A stretch of 64,000 nt of DNA from the human T2T-CHM13v2.0 reference genome, Homo sapiens: assembly GCF_009914755.1 (NCBI RefSeq), contig NC_060930.1. The stretch is one strand, 5' to 3'. Positions 62,195 to 64,000 of this stretch are shown here, in pieces. The position numbers and the translations under genes are program-made. The notes beneath the pieces were generated by a model, which was not told where the DNA came from, made no database searches, and saw nothing but the letters and a program-made list of their open reading frames with translations. Positions within the stretch are counted from its first letter, which is position 1, and each line of letters opens with the position of its first letter.

Positions 62195-62888
62195 CTTTTG
62201 GAGAAAGAATGGAGGTAGCTCTGAAGGTTTGTTACATCACAGCATTTGAGGAATGGCTGGGGTGATGGCAAATATCATACAGAAGAGCAGGCGTAGACAA
62301 GATATACCAGTTGTTTTCAAATATCTGAGAAAATATCAGTAAGAAGAAGTATAGTCATGAGTGTGCCTCACTTGCCTAAACATTTTGATTAAAAATGCAT
62401 TTTAGTAGATTTAATTATGCCTTTTTCCTCTGGTGACCATCTGTTAAAAATTTTTAAAACCTTGACCTATGAAAAAATTTGTCAGTAAGATGCATTTGTT
62501 GTACCAAACTTCTCAGTTCTGGACTTTTTAATCAGTGTAGTTGCCATCGGACTCACCCACCAGCTTGCCTGCTAATCCATCTGATCTGTGTCACTCAAAT
62601 ACAGCAGGCAGTGAAGAACAGCTGCTTTTTCTTATTTCATTCTCCTTCTATCTGTCATAAAATCCAGGTACCAATAACTAGGGATAAGTGTTTTACCAAG
62701 AGCAGTTATTTCAATAGCTTGAACTTAAATACCAGATTAATTTTCACAGAATAAAAATAATGTTTAGTATAAGTTTTAATAATGGCATGTAGATGAAATA
62801 TTTGGACTTGGTGACTTTTAAGTTGTGGTTGCTTTTTAAATGACTTCTCTGTTTGAGGACTTTGTGTATACACATTTCCTATCACATT

Positions 62889-63399
62889 TGTGGTAGGAAG
62901 ATTCTAAGATGACCCTCAAGATTCACAACCTCTGGGGTACACATCCTATATGATCCCCTCCTGTTGAGTGTGATTGGAGCCTGTGAATATGATGGGACAT
63001 CATTCCCATGATTAGGTAACATTTTACAACAAAGTAGAAGATATAATTCGGATATAACTCAGGTGGCTAAATTAGTTTTCTTCAAGCTACTCAAAAGGAA
63101 GATTATTCTGAGGGCACCCAACTTAATCAAGTGAACTCCTAAAAGAGTGTCTAGTTCTCAGAGAGCTTTTCCTGCTCTTGAAGAAGCAAATAATCATGTG
63201 AGAAGGCCACACAGCAAGAGGCTTAGGAGGCCTCTAGAAGCTGAGAGCAGCACTGGATTGATAATCAGCAAGAAAGCACAGCTGAGCTAACATGGAGACT
63301 GCAGCCTCTCTAGGTCGACAGGAACTGATTATCAATGAATGTTGTTTTAAGTCACTACGTTTGTGATAATTTATTATACAGTAATAAAAACCAAATACA
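62889..63399 (+). mobile_element. MLT1E-like MaLR LTR
   Basis: TGTGGTAGG..attctaagatgaccc start; tgttgttttaagtcactacgtttgtgataatt...aaataca end. Confidence 0.75.
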
Positions 63400-63417
63400 A
63401 AAGATTAAAAAGAAATC

Positions 63418-63786
63418 TAAGTTGAAGATATCTTAAACCGAATTGCATTTAATACACCTAACCTACTGAACATCATAGTTTAGCCTAGCCTACCTTTAAC
63501 ATACTCAGAACACTCACATTAGCCCACAGTTGGACAAAATTACCTGGCAACACAGTACACTGTGGAATATTGTTGGTTCACCCTCATGAACATGTGGTGG
63601 ACTGGGATCCTCAGCTTGCTGCCCCTGCCCAGCATCACAGAGAGAAATGTGCTTCATATCACTAGCCTGGAAAAATATCAAAATTCAAAATTTGAAGTAT
63701 GATTTATATTGACTATGTATTGCTTTGGCACTATCACAAAATCGAAAAATACCAAGTTCAACCGTCATAAATTGATGACTATCTGT
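63418..63786 (+). mobile_element. MER47B/Tigger5-like DNA transposon
   Basis: gcatttaatacacctaacctactgaacatcatagtttagcctagcc and tcaaaattcaaaatttgaagta motifs; ends ...ctg|TA. Confidence 0.75.
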
Positions 63787-64000
63787 ACCACCAAATAGCC
63801 CATTACTCAAATCCTCAACTTTTTCTCTTCAATGTATGTGACCTCTATTTATATAGTCAATACTTCTTGATTTGAAAAAGGATTGGATGATAATAGAAGT
63901 GAAAAGTTTGAATGATTATACTCATTTTTCTTTTTCTTTATCTATAAACCAGCGCCCAGTTGGAACATTTCCATATTTTAGTTCTAAGGTTGTAAATTGC

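Overview
Primate (almost certainly human) genomic DNA: the 5' end of LAMA2 (laminin alpha-2) on the + strand. It holds a CpG-rich promoter and exon 1 (coding 439-550, signal peptide MPGAAGVLLLLLLSGGLGGVQAQRPQQQRQSQAHQQR, GT donor at 551). The rest of the window is intron 1; I found no exon 2 sequence. The intron contains a full-length but disabled antisense L1PA2-like element (22783-28854, 16-bp TSD), a 5'-truncated L1PA copy nested in an MLT1 LTR, a ~2.46-kb antisense processed pseudogene of the imprinted gene MEST (44946-47410), an old L1MA element carrying four nested younger insertions, and many Alu, MaLR LTR, DNA transposon, L2/MIR and microsatellite repeats. There is no prokaryotic, CRISPR or phage system. 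The strongest lead is the MEST retrocopy: it derives from the imprinted isoform, its CDS is destroyed, yet its 5' end keeps a dense CpG island (about 34 CpGs in 310 bp by hand count) with a ZFP57 motif. This architecture resembles retrocopy-derived imprinted intronic promoters. Secondary leads are an L1 antisense promoter and a THE1 LTR with a DUX4 motif (both pointing in the LAMA2 sense direction), candidate poison and recursive splice sites, and two structurally odd Alus. Repeat subfamily calls and comparisons to reference genes come from remembered consensus sequences, not from database runs.
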